In this document: piece after piece, positions 48,303 to 59,471 of the stretch
How the letters are laid out: the number at the start of each line of letters is the position of its first letter
How positions within the stretch are numbered: the first letter of the stretch is position 1
Notes under the pieces: model-generated
What the model was told of the DNA's origin: nothing
The model's input: the letters and a program-made list of their open reading frames with translations, nothing else
The model's database searches: none
Virus record (IMG/VR): IMGVR_UViG_3300025133_000052
Span: 1 to 64,000 of that record
Strand: one strand, 5' to 3'
DNA: 64,000 bases
Origin: a virus
Position numbers and translations under genes: made by a program

Positions 48303-50054
48303 TTAAACATCCCATCTAACGATAATATTTAAATCAACGTTATCAGGATTCTTAATTGGTTGAGCTAGCTTTCCTATAGCTAACATTTGACCATTATCAT
48401 CATACAATCCTATAGTAGTTATGTACGGGTTAAATGCAGACGAGCTCACAAACCCATCCACAGCGTAACTGTCAGGATCGTTATCTGGTCTTAAAGTAGG
48501 GTTTATAGATAAATTAAAATCTGATGCATCAATCTTACATATAGCTTGATTTTCATATATAGTGTGACTACCTTTATAGCTTAAACTAAACCCATATTCA
48601 TCAACGGTACCATAATCCAGGTTCCCAGTCTGGCCAGTTAATATATATTTATACTTCGGTAATGTGGGAGTTATGCATACATGACCTGTACTGTAAAATA
48701 CATTACCCGCGACATTAGTTTGATACGCTGATGATGTTATGTAATGATTATTAGCTAGTGATAATATAGCTTCCGTTGGTAGCGCTTCATTATATATCCT
48801 TAATTCATCGATACTACCAGAGTACCAATAATCACCAATACCACTTCCTCCTATCCATAAATCACTCGCATTATGTGTATCTCCCACCGTAGTGTCCGGT
48901 ACCTGGTTACTTAAAACTCCATCCACCCATATCTGTAAATAACTTGATGATCTCTGACATAGTATGTGATGCTGTGTACCTCCATAATTAGGAAATAATG
49001 CAGCTGAAGAAGTTACTGTCGGGATATTATTTGTATCACTCCTACTAAATTGGATCTTACCTCTATCACCACTAGTTATTGCCCTGTGATTATTTAATTG
49101 AATTTTAAAAGGATAACATCCAGTCGACTCGACATCCTTTTTGAATGACAGTCCCTGTGTAAGTGAATAGGCAGGATATTCACCTCGACCATCTTTACAT
49201 ATAATAGTATTTTCCCTGTATATGTTTCCGAAACGATCTGTTGAATCCTGCTGATATCCAGCTTCAGCCCAAAACGATATCGCAAAATCCTTATTAGACC
49301 TAAAGTTAAAATCTTTATGATTATAGATCCTCATGCTCCCGGTTGTCGGGAAATTAGCTCTTACACCACTCCTCTCATTAACAGCACCTGTAGTAGTAAT
49401 ACCCTCACTAAATTTTACTTTATTCAGATACGCTGGATGTTTGTTTATTAAACCATCCTTAGCGTAATTAGTAAACCCTAAATACTCAGTACCTTGATCT
49501 TTATAAAATTCATTAAATCCCCAATATCCTACTAATGCACTTGAAGATGCAAATGAACCGGTTACTATGACCGCATCTAAAAGATTTTCTTTCCTATCAT
49601 CAGATAAACTTATAGTAGTTATATCACCATAGCTACCACTCCTACTACTATCTACTATAGTAACTGATCCCGGTTTTATATTCTCACCGTACATTTTTTG
49701 CGGTACAGATATAACGTTAACTCTTCCAGGTAAATTTCTTTTACTTAAAAATATATCATCTGTACCGTAACTCTCAAAAGGTTTATCAGATCGAGCATAA
49801 AACATATTATCGATTGAATTATGTATTACTTGCTGGTATTTCCCTAATGAAGTAGTTGGATAGGTTAAGGCATCATTTGCCCCTATTGGAATCTTAACAC
49901 TCGAAGTACTGTGGCCGACAAATATATTCGCACCATAACTAGCACTGTAATTACCTTGATTGAAGTAATAATTTTTATGCGCCTTGAATGGTGTTACTGA
50001 ATAATCGCTCGCGTCAATTGGTTTAAATACTGTAACTCTAGATTTACTTGTCAT
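48303..50054 (-). CDS. Baseplate/tail protein with a LamG (ConA-like) domain
   Basis: DFAISFW, HHI...R, WVDG, GSIDELRIYN; C-terminal PYITTIGLYDD..QMLAIGKLAQPIK. Confidence 0.75.
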   Translation of the reverse strand: MTSKSRVTVFKPIDASDYSVTPFKAHKNYYFNQGNYSASYGANIFVGHSTSSVKIPIGANDALTYPTTSLGKYQQVIHNSIDNMFYARSDKPFESYGTDDIFLSKRNLPGRVNVISVPQKMYGENIKPGSVTIVDSSRSGSYGDITTISLSDDRKENLLDAVIVTGSFASSSALVGYWGFNEFYKDQGTEYLGFTNYAKDGLINKHPAYLNKVKFSEGITTTGAVNERSGVRANFPTTGSMRIYNHKDFNFRSNKDFAISFWAEAGYQQDSTDRFGNIYRENTIICKDGRGEYPAYSLTQGLSFKKDVESTGCYPFKIQLNNHRAITSGDRGKIQFSRSDTNNIPTVTSSAALFPNYGGTQHHILCQRSSSYLQIWVDGVLSNQVPDTTVGDTHNASDLWIGGSGIGDYWYSGSIDELRIYNEALPTEAILSLANNHYITSSAYQTNVAGNVFYSTGHVCITPTLPKYKYILTGQTGNLDYGTVDEYGFSLSYKGSHTIYENQAICKIDASDFNLSINPTLRPDNDPDSYAVDGFVSSSAFNPYITTIGLYDDNGQMLAIGKLAQPIKNPDNVDLNIIVRWDV

Positions 50055-50103
50055 AATAAACGGAACCCTTTATATAATATAAATATGAAGGAGTTTTAAT
50101 TTA

Positions 50104-51390
50104 CTAGAAATCCAACTTAACTCGTACTAACGCTTCCCTGTCAAATGATTTAATTGTAGCTTTACTTAATTTACCTACTGCCAGTAATTCCTGTCTATCG
50201 TTATAAAGTCCGACAGTTGTAAGATATACTTTAGGATCCTTATAGAATGTAGGTTGTGTAAACTCTCCCGTAGACCCTGTAGCGAAAGTAGGGTTATTAG
50301 AAAAATTATAATCTCCATTCTTAACCCTTACAAAATAATTAGCTGAAGTTATAATTTCTGAATTCCTAGCTTGAAATCCCTTTGTTGCATCAACAACAGC
50401 TGATCCTGAAATTGAGTTAAATAGCTTAAATGCATTATACCCTTCAACAGCTGATGCTGTAACAGTATTAAATGAACATGATTGATTTAAAGGTAAATCA
50501 TCTAGTACTGCATATCCTGTATTAGGATATACTAATCCATAATAATGTATGGCTCCTGAACCGTCTTTATAGACTCCATTATTAATAGACCCACTAACTA
50601 CATTATATACTGCAGCTGTTTGTCCACCTGCAGTCGAAACTGTCTGTGCACTATCTCCTGAATCATCTATTAAAGATATAACAGTATTACATAAAGTAGC
50701 ATTAACAAACGACCCAGTTCCTATTGAACCACTATTAGGAGAAGCTTCATTAGAACCTGTAATTTGTGCTAAGTTTAATTCCCAGTTACCTGGATCAATC
50801 TTGTCTCTTAATCTCGCGCGCTGAATATTTACAATGTAAATACTATCAGAATTTCTCGTTGAGTCAACTCCCGTTTTAAAGGTAAATTGTGTATCGTTAG
50901 GATCTAATAATAGATTTCTATATTGAGAGTAAATAGCTTTTGTAGTGGAGTCATTTAACTGACCATCCGAATAAGACCCACTCCCTAATCTGTTACCGTA
51001 CGCTACAGCAAATTGTGTCGCTCCTCCATTACCAAGGGATGCACTATTCTGTACATCTACGTAGTATTTAAATTGTGTTGAAGTTTCAGTAGATGAAGTA
51101 TAAAAAGTAACCAACTCACCAACATTACCTGTCCACAATCCCCTCGTTACTGTTTTTTTCTGATTTAAAACCACATCATTTCCTACATCAAATATAGAGA
51201 ATACCTTACCACTGTTAGTTGTTTGTACTGCACGAGCGTTAGCTGTTTGAATTTTCTGAGCAATTATATTCGCCCTCTCCTCAACTGCAATATTAAATGC
51301 AGCTCGATCAGCCACATCACCTTTTGAAGCTTCACTAACCGATTGGACATCCCTACGTTGTTGTCTTAAATTTAATGATAATCTTGCCAT
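50104..51390 (-). CDS. Baseplate structural protein (C-terminus paralogous to 48303-50054)
   Basis: C-terminal VYLTTVGLYNDRQELLAVGKLSK...RVKLDF. Confidence 0.7.
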   Translation of the reverse strand: MARLSLNLRQQRRDVQSVSEASKGDVADRAAFNIAVEERANIIAQKIQTANARAVQTTNSGKVFSIFDVGNDVVLNQKKTVTRGLWTGNVGELVTFYTSSTETSTQFKYYVDVQNSASLGNGGATQFAVAYGNRLGSGSYSDGQLNDSTTKAIYSQYRNLLLDPNDTQFTFKTGVDSTRNSDSIYIVNIQRARLRDKIDPGNWELNLAQITGSNEASPNSGSIGTGSFVNATLCNTVISLIDDSGDSAQTVSTAGGQTAAVYNVVSGSINNGVYKDGSGAIHYYGLVYPNTGYAVLDDLPLNQSCSFNTVTASAVEGYNAFKLFNSISGSAVVDATKGFQARNSEIITSANYFVRVKNGDYNFSNNPTFATGSTGEFTQPTFYKDPKVYLTTVGLYNDRQELLAVGKLSKATIKSFDREALVRVKLDF

Positions 51391-51411
51391 AACTGTTTAT
51401 CTGTTTTTATA

Positions 51412-52080
51412 TTATGTTGTACCTGACGTAAATACAGTCGCTTGTTTAACTGTTAGAGTAGCTGTCACTCTACCACCTGTTTCGTTTCCAATAATCGTTA
51501 TAGTAGCCGTAGCATCTGACGTCATTTGTGTTTTAGCTATTATATCAAATGAAAATCCACTTACTGCTACCGATTGAGCTGATTCCGTATCACCAATAAA
51601 TCTCGGTACTGATGGAGAAGCTCCTGCAGTTGTTAACGCTCCTCCGGAACTTACTACTAATTGTGCTGCATCTGAATTACTTAAAATACAAGTATATCCC
51701 AATGTTGCATTACCGTTCGCGAAGTTAGAAGTATTAGGTGCAATTGTAGCCACATCCCCACCCGATGTTAATACGATAGAAGAATTAGCGATATTAATAA
51801 CAGGAATTCTAGTCGTGTCTTTTGGTAGCGTCACTAATTTATATTTCATCATTTGTGATTCATCAGGTAACGCCTCTACTAGTGGCATATTTTCAATAAT
51901 AATACCGTAATAATTAGACCCTAGTGGATGTGCTGGGTTCCATAGATTATAATCTACTTCGTCATCTGCTAAAGCAAACTGAGTTATATTAAACTCATCT
52001 CTTCCCTTAGATAATAACTCTCTTCCTTTATTAGTTAAAATAGCGTCAACTGTAACGCTTGAATTATTTAAATACCCCAT
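51412..52080 (-). CDS. Baseplate structural protein
   Basis: DAILT.KGRELL....F.ITQFAL.DDEVDY, typical of baseplate/fibre-attachment N-termini. Confidence 0.65.
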   Translation of the reverse strand: MGYLNNSSVTVDAILTNKGRELLSKGRDEFNITQFALADDEVDYNLWNPAHPLGSNYYGIIIENMPLVEALPDESQMMKYKLVTLPKDTTRIPVINIANSSIVLTSGGDVATIAPNTSNFANGNATLGYTCILSNSDAAQLVVSSGGALTTAGASPSVPRFIGDTESAQSVAVSGFSFDIIAKTQMTSDATATITIIGNETGGRVTATLTVKQATVFTSGTT

Positions 52081-52135
52081 AACTTCCCTTGAATTAATTT
52101 ATTTTGTTCATATATAAATATATTGAAATTAAAAA

Positions 52136-55100
52136 TTATAACACCTTGATACTTCCTGACGCTCCAGTCGGTGAAACTATAAATTTATTTGGATTTGCTT
52201 TTGTTATCTCTACCACTGGTCCACCGTCAATTGTATCAGGTGAATCCACATTAAAATCAGCAGACGTTACCTTACTTCCCTCATACCTGTGATTAGCTGT
52301 TCCTTGAGGTAAAAATTCTACCGTATCTGTAGCTTCGACATAGTACGGTGTTTTATAGTACAGTTTAAGTCCTATAGTATCCAGCGATGCCGTTGTATTA
52401 ATACTCGATGGTGGGAGAGCAAAGACCTTCGCGAAACTTACAGCTACGCCAAAGCTTGAAGATGTATATATACCTATATCCTGTTCCGGATTACCATAAT
52501 AACTACTCGTTAATCGATAGTTGGGAGATCCAGTATATACATCATACTCTCCAACAGGATACACATCACTCGTAGCGAACGCATTATTACTTTGACTTAA
52601 GTAATTCATCCCGTTTGATTCGTAATTCTTAACAAGTATAGTATTACTAATCGCCACTTTAGGTGGATTAGTGATAGTTACACCACTGACACTAAAAGGA
52701 AGGTGTATACGACATCCCATTAATATAGATTCAGACGGAAATGTAAACCCGTAATTACGGCCTACTATAAAGTTACCAACTAGTCCAGATATTGGATTAT
52801 CCGCATAAACATCATCCGGGGATCCTGTTACATTATTAATATTAAACCATGGCACGTCCCCCAATAACCCTATCGACTGAGTAACCTCCTTACAGTATTC
52901 CCAACCAGTCTCATGAGTTGTGTACCTAGTTATAGGATTATTCAATGAGCTAGATATACTGTGTGTTACAGTATTGTAAACTCCGGGATAAATTCTATTA
53001 TCCATTATTGTAGGAGTTAATCCCTCAGCTTCATAGTAAGGTATTTCTGCTTTTTTTAATTGATAATATACGGTAGTCTTAACACTATCAACATATACAT
53101 AGTGTGTACCCGCGCCACTATTTTGAGCCTTAAATGTAGCATATAAGCCACCTTCAACATTATATATAATTTCTCTCAGCACCTCCGCGGTAGTACCCCA
53201 CCTCTCTGTTGGTCCACCGTATGATCGAGTAACACCACCGTTTATGGATTGAGATGTAGCTAAATCACTAGGAAAAAATCCATCATCATTAGCTAGCCGT
53301 ACACTATAATCATACATCCTATCATTCTTAGAAGCAGACAAATGATATGTACACTCTATACCCATTATATCGATGCTCTCACTAGGTGGTAGCGAAGCTT
53401 TATTAATACCATCAAATGTATAACTCAATAATTTCTTAGAATAAGCACCAGCAGATAAATATGCACTGGTGTACTTGTTATCAAAACTTCCTGTTGCGTT
53501 ACTAAGTATTGTCCAGTCTGTACCTGAACCATTATTTACTGGCAGCACTAGCGGATAACCACTAACAATGTTACTGTAAAATGAATCCACAGAATAAACA
53601 GCAGGGTTAACGGACAGGCTTAAGCTTATATGCGCGGTAGGTAAATTATCGTAACTACCTGATATATTATCTGCAGGGTAAAGAGACATAGACGCTTCAT
53701 TTAATATAAAACTTCCAGTCGGTGTTGGGTTGATCTGAGATTGATCCAGTGACATACTGTAGAAGGGCTCCTCCCAAGTCATTTGATCTATTACTCTATC
53801 CTTACTCCTTTCCAGTATGTTAGGCTCAATCAGTACCCCGTCTAGCTTTTTAGTACGTGCAGGTAGTAGTTGTTCGATTTGTTTAAATAACGACATATCG
53901 TACTGATATATCATCCTTAAGTATTCGTTATAATTATTTCTGTCAGAATATTTTTTCCAGTAATCCCATGACAGTGATTTTAATTCAGGATAGTCATCTT
54001 CATATACTGAATCAGGAGCTCCAATGTAATCATCTATTTCAAAAAACCCTAATTGATTAAAAATATCTTCGTTAATGGAATTTTGAGGTGAGAAGTATAT
54101 TCCTAATCTCGGTGAATCAACCGGAGCTGTATCGTATGTTGATTTCTCTTTCCTTGTATCAGTATTTAAAAATCCTGTTAAAGTACTACTCTCAGCTCTT
54201 ACCTTTTCACTCCATAAGTTATTACCACCCATTGATGGGTTTTCTATATAATATGTTTCATCGACACCGTAAAAACTACTTTGACTAACAAATCCTGCAA
54301 AGCTAGCTGATGTAACATATCCTCCCTCAAACTCTAATATATTTTGATTCGGGTGCTGAGACATTAAGCTCGATGAGATTGAAAGATCGAATTTCTGTCT
54401 TAAAGGTATTCTAAATCTTAATTGCTGATACGATGATGTTATTGAATTACCGTCATACGCAGATGGGGATGTAACGTGGTTAGCAAAATCCTCCTCATCA
54501 AGTGGCTTTGCCCAATATCTTATTTCTTGATACGAACCTGAAAAATGACTTATACCTGAAGGATTATCTCCCCACCCGATGTGTACCTTTGGCACTGATA
54601 CGGTCCCTGCACTATCCGGTCGTTTCCATGCATGATTATATGAATACTCCGTTGCCCCGTTAATAGCAATACTCGCAGATGCATCAGTGGTTAATTTACT
54701 ATATTTATGTTTTTTAAGAAATACAGTATAAGAGTTATTCGAACCTGTAATATCAGTACTCGTATCCCTCCTAACCATTAAACCTGCCCAGTTACCATCA
54801 AATAAGTATTCATCAGTAATTGAGCCCGTTTTATATCCACTAGAACCTGATAGATAGAAATTTAAATTTCCCTTTTGTTTATTACTACCGGATGGAACAG
54901 CTGTGACGTACCATTCAGGTCTCGGTCCAAACCCTCCCTGTAATACAGTTACACCACTAATAGATTCCTTTAGACCATCCTTCGTCCTAAACCTCAACTC
55001 TAAAGTGTCTGGTGTTTTATATGAGCCAGTCTTTACTGGTAACCAAGCCGACGAAATATACTGACCACCATTCACCCTAAGTGCGTACGAATAATCATCT

Positions 55101-56938
55101 TTTACGTAAACTGGTTTTTTTGTTGAAATCGGTAACTTAGGTCCACCGTACTCCCTTATAGATAATAAAGTTTGAGGAATCCCGTAACAAGCTAAAAGTG
55201 CCTTAACAGAACGAGCTGTACCTTTCGTTTTTAATAGAAACGGTAAGTTGTTAACAATCCTTCTCCATATTTCCTTCGTAACCTGTCCCCTAGGTTTACT
55301 CTCTACTGATCCCGTTTGTTGTGTCGCACCAGCTTGATTCGTCCCTAAAGTATATTCCCAAAGATCCGTTGTATTGTTTCCTAGAGATAAATTCCATCCC
55401 ATCGATTTAGCTACGTTAAATAATAGCTCGTTAGCCATCCCTTCAGTAGGATGCTCCTCCCTAGTAATTGTTTTATTTAAGTGAGATATATAGGTCCACA
55501 GTATATCAAAATGATGGCCCATCATATTAACAAATACATCATACTGTTCATTACCAGAATCGACTCTAATATGCTCCGGTATTGTTTTTACTAAACTACT
55601 ATCGTTGTATTTATCGTAAAGAGACGCTGATGATATTGCAGCATTGTACCAGTTAGTAGATATCGATGATGTTACATCGTATAGCGTATAGGGCTTAATA
55701 GCTGGATACGTATCAACTACACCTCCTTGCTGGAATGAAAAATTAGCATTACTCCATTGCTGCTGAGCCTGTTGCCAAGTAAGCGGGGTAGTAACCCTCG
55801 AGTCCGGTTTCTTAGGCCACGGGTGTATAGAACAACTTCCAAAAGTAAATGTACCGCTACCGCTTTGAAAATATAAATAATTTTCAAAATCATCAAATCC
55901 AGATATTATCTCATTACGTTTCTTTGTAGTAACCGTGGTGTTATCACCTACAGATCCCGTATATGTATTAATCGACGTTAACGTAGCATCATACTGCTCT
56001 ATTAATTCAAGCTTATATTTAAAATTCTTAATCCTCTCTTCAGCTGAACTAAAATGCACGAAGTTTTCGAATTCACAGTAATCGATATTTAATTTAATAC
56101 CACTTAAACTACCGCTAAAGTACGTATCTATTAATTGTTGGGATGTTGACACTCCGGAACCTAATAGCTGATTCCATGTTTTAAAATCCGTCTCTGTCTT
56201 TAATCTATAGTCAGTAACAATATCGAAATTTGGACCTTTGACATTATTTTGTAGTACTGGTACGGGAGCTCCTATCACTTTAATATTATCAATATAGGGT
56301 GAAGACACCTCATCTGCAATCCAAGACTCATCCCCAATCTCAATATCATCTGAAAGTGGTTCGTACAATCGTATGACTATCGTTGTTTCTGTATCCGTTG
56401 TTCCGTCGACCAACCAATTAACTGCCGTAGCGGTTAAGTCGTTACCAAAGTTAACTATAAAATCAACATCGTTAATTGCATCTAAGGTACTAAGCCCACC
56501 AGTGTAATTTGAAAAATCATCTACTGGCTTTAATCGTATCTCCTTTCTTGATGGGGATATCTCTGTTAACGCTAACTTAATACCGTCAAATGATCCTATA
56601 ATATTTTTGTAAAAATTAAGTGAAAATTTATATTCACCTGATAGTAATCCTAAATCTCTTACCGCTTCATGTATATCAAAATAATAATTTCTAACGATGC
56701 TGTCTGTAACATCTGATTTAGGTTTCTTTTTCTTGTACTCCGCGTTATGATTAGAAGTAATATAATTACCGTCAATATCATATACATGAAATTCAATTAA
56801 TTCATTTTCGTTGGCATCAAATGAAGGTGTAGTATTTTCATATTTAAGAACTAATAAGTCCTTTTCCGTAAGTCTATCCCCTCGAGTAGGTTGTGTACTA
56901 ACTAGTATTGAATCTATATTTTTATAATCCTTTAACAT
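52136..56938 (-). CDS. Large baseplate wedge protein (1600 aa)
   Basis: LLKTKGTARSVKALLACYG (gp7/tail-I-like motif) plus a lectin-like middle region; baseplate operon. Confidence 0.65.
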   Translation of the reverse strand: MLKDYKNIDSILVSTQPTRGDRLTEKDLLVLKYENTTPSFDANENELIEFHVYDIDGNYITSNHNAEYKKKKPKSDVTDSIVRNYYFDIHEAVRDLGLLSGEYKFSLNFYKNIIGSFDGIKLALTEISPSRKEIRLKPVDDFSNYTGGLSTLDAINDVDFIVNFGNDLTATAVNWLVDGTTDTETTIVIRLYEPLSDDIEIGDESWIADEVSSPYIDNIKVIGAPVPVLQNNVKGPNFDIVTDYRLKTETDFKTWNQLLGSGVSTSQQLIDTYFSGSLSGIKLNIDYCEFENFVHFSSAEERIKNFKYKLELIEQYDATLTSINTYTGSVGDNTTVTTKKRNEIISGFDDFENYLYFQSGSGTFTFGSCSIHPWPKKPDSRVTTPLTWQQAQQQWSNANFSFQQGGVVDTYPAIKPYTLYDVTSSISTNWYNAAISSASLYDKYNDSSLVKTIPEHIRVDSGNEQYDVFVNMMGHHFDILWTYISHLNKTITREEHPTEGMANELLFNVAKSMGWNLSLGNNTTDLWEYTLGTNQAGATQQTGSVESKPRGQVTKEIWRRIVNNLPFLLKTKGTARSVKALLACYGIPQTLLSIREYGGPKLPISTKKPVYVKDDYSYALRVNGGQYISSAWLPVKTGSYKTPDTLELRFRTKDGLKESISGVTVLQGGFGPRPEWYVTAVPSGSNKQKGNLNFYLSGSSGYKTGSITDEYLFDGNWAGLMVRRDTSTDITGSNNSYTVFLKKHKYSKLTTDASASIAINGATEYSYNHAWKRPDSAGTVSVPKVHIGWGDNPSGISHFSGSYQEIRYWAKPLDEEDFANHVTSPSAYDGNSITSSYQQLRFRIPLRQKFDLSISSSLMSQHPNQNILEFEGGYVTSASFAGFVSQSSFYGVDETYYIENPSMGGNNLWSEKVRAESSTLTGFLNTDTRKEKSTYDTAPVDSPRLGIYFSPQNSINEDIFNQLGFFEIDDYIGAPDSVYEDDYPELKSLSWDYWKKYSDRNNYNEYLRMIYQYDMSLFKQIEQLLPARTKKLDGVLIEPNILERSKDRVIDQMTWEEPFYSMSLDQSQINPTPTGSFILNEASMSLYPADNISGSYDNLPTAHISLSLSVNPAVYSVDSFYSNIVSGYPLVLPVNNGSGTDWTILSNATGSFDNKYTSAYLSAGAYSKKLLSYTFDGINKASLPPSESIDIMGIECTYHLSASKNDRMYDYSVRLANDDGFFPSDLATSQSINGGVTRSYGGPTERWGTTAEVLREIIYNVEGGLYATFKAQNSGAGTHYVYVDSVKTTVYYQLKKAEIPYYEAEGLTPTIMDNRIYPGVYNTVTHSISSSLNNPITRYTTHETGWEYCKEVTQSIGLLGDVPWFNINNVTGSPDDVYADNPISGLVGNFIVGRNYGFTFPSESILMGCRIHLPFSVSGVTITNPPKVAISNTILVKNYESNGMNYLSQSNNAFATSDVYPVGEYDVYTGSPNYRLTSSYYGNPEQDIGIYTSSSFGVAVSFAKVFALPPSSINTTASLDTIGLKLYYKTPYYVEATDTVEFLPQGTANHRYEGSKVTSADFNVDSPDTIDGGPVVEITKANPNKFIVSPTGASGSIKVL

Positions 56939-58380
56939 TATTGTAATCCCGCCAACTCACTCTGTTTATTAGCTAAATCAGTCTTGAGTACTATACTTAT
57001 ATTACTTACCTCTTGAAGTGAGTCCTCACTATCAGGTCCATACCCTGCTTGGCGATAATTTTTCGATATCCGTCGAACCGCAGATCCTGACTGTAAATCT
57101 CCATTACCGTCAACAAAATTACTGTACTCACCGTTATTTACACGAGCTTTCCATATACCTGTATTAGTGTCGTTAAACCCTGTATCATCTATAGCTTGAA
57201 TCATACGTGCATTCAACTCACCCATCCTAGTCTCAATCTCGACTATCTCTGCCTGTAATGTAGCTATTGCATCAGCATTATTTATAGCTGCTGTTTCAGC
57301 CGCGGCGGCCGCTCCGGACTGCGTCCCTATATTAACTGTTTGACTAGGTGGAGTGCTACCAATCTTAACCGGATCCGCAGGACCCATCTCAACCTTAGTA
57401 CGCTCTATCGGATACCCGTCTTCATCTAATTCTACGTTCCCGTTTTCATCGTACGATAATCCTAGATTGACTGTGTACGGTTGTGGTTGGTCTGGTATTT
57501 TAATTGTAACAGTATCACGGGTTGGATTAACTATATATTCTGTAACGTATCCCTCATCCATTAACCTTAAATCATCTAAAGTAACTGTCTTAATAGAACC
57601 CTGGTATGCATTCAATATAGTCTCTAACAATGACTTACCAGTGACGGGCTGCGTTACAGTGATAGGATACCCGGACTGTTGAGCTGAATACGTGTTGTCC
57701 TGCACGAAAATATCTGGTATAAATCTTAACTTACCTTTATGTACGATATAAGACCAAGTCTTTTCAGGTATTGTTAATATTGTACCGTCAGGGTATACCT
57801 GATCATCCTGTCCCGTTAAACCCTCGAGTTGATCGTTAAGTCGTCCCAATTCATCATCCTTATCATCCAATTGTCCTTGTAATGCAGCTAACTGTTCCTC
57901 GAGTGTCATTAACTCCGTTTCGACTCTATCACTTAACCTTGAAACATCCACGGGTACTAATTCACGTATTAATACATCGATCTTCTTATCAAATATCTCT
58001 ACGTCAAATTTTTGATTTTTTAATTCTATCCGTAACGGTACCTGTTCAGTTTTATCCTGATTACTTAGTATATAACCTGATGGAGTCCTATCTACACTCC
58101 TTACAGGTGGTTGGTTGCCTTGATCTTGTGTAGTGGAAGTAGCTGGATTATCCTCTGGATTAGATGTTATTGCATCATACCCATCCTGCCCGGCATATTT
58201 TTTAATAAGCTTCCTTGTTATTTCCTCAAGGTCAATACTCTCACCCCAAATATCATATACATTTTCCTTAGACTCAACAGCACTTATCTTCTCCTCAACC
58301 TCCTGTTTTTCTTTATCAATCGATTGAAGGTCCCATAACGCTCTATTGACCTTGTCTTGTATTTTTGGATCCTTGAACAC
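56938..58380 (-). CDS. Hypothetical structural protein with coiled coils
   Basis: GTG start; TAATG overlap with the downstream gene. Confidence 0.65.
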   Translation of the reverse strand: MFKDPKIQDKVNRALWDLQSIDKEKQEVEEKISAVESKENVYDIWGESIDLEEITRKLIKKYAGQDGYDAITSNPEDNPATSTTQDQGNQPPVRSVDRTPSGYILSNQDKTEQVPLRIELKNQKFDVEIFDKKIDVLIRELVPVDVSRLSDRVETELMTLEEQLAALQGQLDDKDDELGRLNDQLEGLTGQDDQVYPDGTILTIPEKTWSYIVHKGKLRFIPDIFVQDNTYSAQQSGYPITVTQPVTGKSLLETILNAYQGSIKTVTLDDLRLMDEGYVTEYIVNPTRDTVTIKIPDQPQPYTVNLGLSYDENGNVELDEDGYPIERTKVEMGPADPVKIGSTPPSQTVNIGTQSGAAAAAETAAINNADAIATLQAEIVEIETRMGELNARMIQAIDDTGFNDTNTGIWKARVNNGEYSNFVDGNGDLQSGSAVRRISKNYRQAGYGPDSEDSLQEVSNISIVLKTDLANKQSELAGLQ

Positions 58381-58382
58381 TT

Positions 58383-59471
58383 TTATCTAACCAATTTAAA
58401 TATATAATCATTGTCAAAATATTCTATATCTGTATCACTTCGTTTTATCTTTATTATAAATCTATAAAATCTTTCAGGGTGTAACCCATCCATCCATAAA
58501 TTAAAGTAATTCCCATTTGAGTCGCAACTCAATTTAGTGTGGTTATCGTCAAATGGAACAATAATTTCCTCTGTATATGCATCTCTCAAGGAGTAGTACG
58601 ACGAAGTTGGTAGGTATTTAACATCTAGATAAGCTGAAGAAGTTGCAAATGTTTTAGTCGGAAATTTAGCTCTTCCATAGACTCTGAGCTTAGCCTTAGC
58701 TCCTGATTTATATTCTGTTTTTAGATTTCGAAAATATAAAGTCACATCTTCATCAGTTAACGGTGTTAATGAACCTGTACTAAAGGTACTGTCATCCCAC
58801 CTAACCTCCAATTTAGGTTGATATACTGTATGTGTCTGTGTTGAGAAGAATTGTATGTTCCCTAAACTTGTTAAACTCTGCTCGTCGCTCGTCAACCTCT
58901 TCACTATAAACCCATTGTTAGTTATAGAGCTTGATAACCAAGCTTGAACTATCGTAGTAGTGTTCATATCGATATCTACGGCTGAGTAAGAGTAACTCTG
59001 TGTTGCAAAGCTCGTAGTGTACCAATTAGCTCCTCCAACAACAGCTGCATACGAACCAGTTACACCCGCTGTAAACGAACTAGTAGCCCACTGTGTACCT
59101 GCATCTACACCATCCCTATATTTCCAACTCGCTCCCTCAGTAACAGACGGTTTATTATATCTTCTACCTATCCCTCTATCCCAGCTCTCAGACACAGGGT
59201 AAGCCCTTAATGTATATATAGCAGGTATTTCCTGTTGATCGTCTGTAGCAAACATTCTTAAATGAAAGGATGGTGAAGTAATTAGCCCGTCTACAATTGA
59301 CTGAGATATACTCGCTAGATCAAATTTTACTAGTGCTCTCGAATTATAAGATTGTGAAGTTGCAGGCTTAACAGCCTTGTCGAGCTCAAGTATCTGGTCT
59401 AAGCCTGTATTTAGACTTGACGAAGCTTCGTAAAGTGTTGTATCGAAATCTGCGAATATAGAATAAATCAT
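58383..59471 (-). CDS. Baseplate-associated structural protein (DNRLRE-like beta domain)
   Basis: DTTLYE...NTG.D.ILE, SRALVKFD, W..G.G, NNGFIVK, PKLEVRWDD. Confidence 0.6.
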   Translation of the reverse strand: MIYSIFADFDTTLYEASSSLNTGLDQILELDKAVKPATSQSYNSRALVKFDLASISQSIVDGLITSPSFHLRMFATDDQQEIPAIYTLRAYPVSESWDRGIGRRYNKPSVTEGASWKYRDGVDAGTQWATSSFTAGVTGSYAAVVGGANWYTTSFATQSYSYSAVDIDMNTTTIVQAWLSSSITNNGFIVKRLTSDEQSLTSLGNIQFFSTQTHTVYQPKLEVRWDDSTFSTGSLTPLTDEDVTLYFRNLKTEYKSGAKAKLRVYGRAKFPTKTFATSSAYLDVKYLPTSSYYSLRDAYTEEIIVPFDDNHTKLSCDSNGNYFNLWMDGLHPERFYRFIIKIKRSDTDIEYFDNDYIFKLVR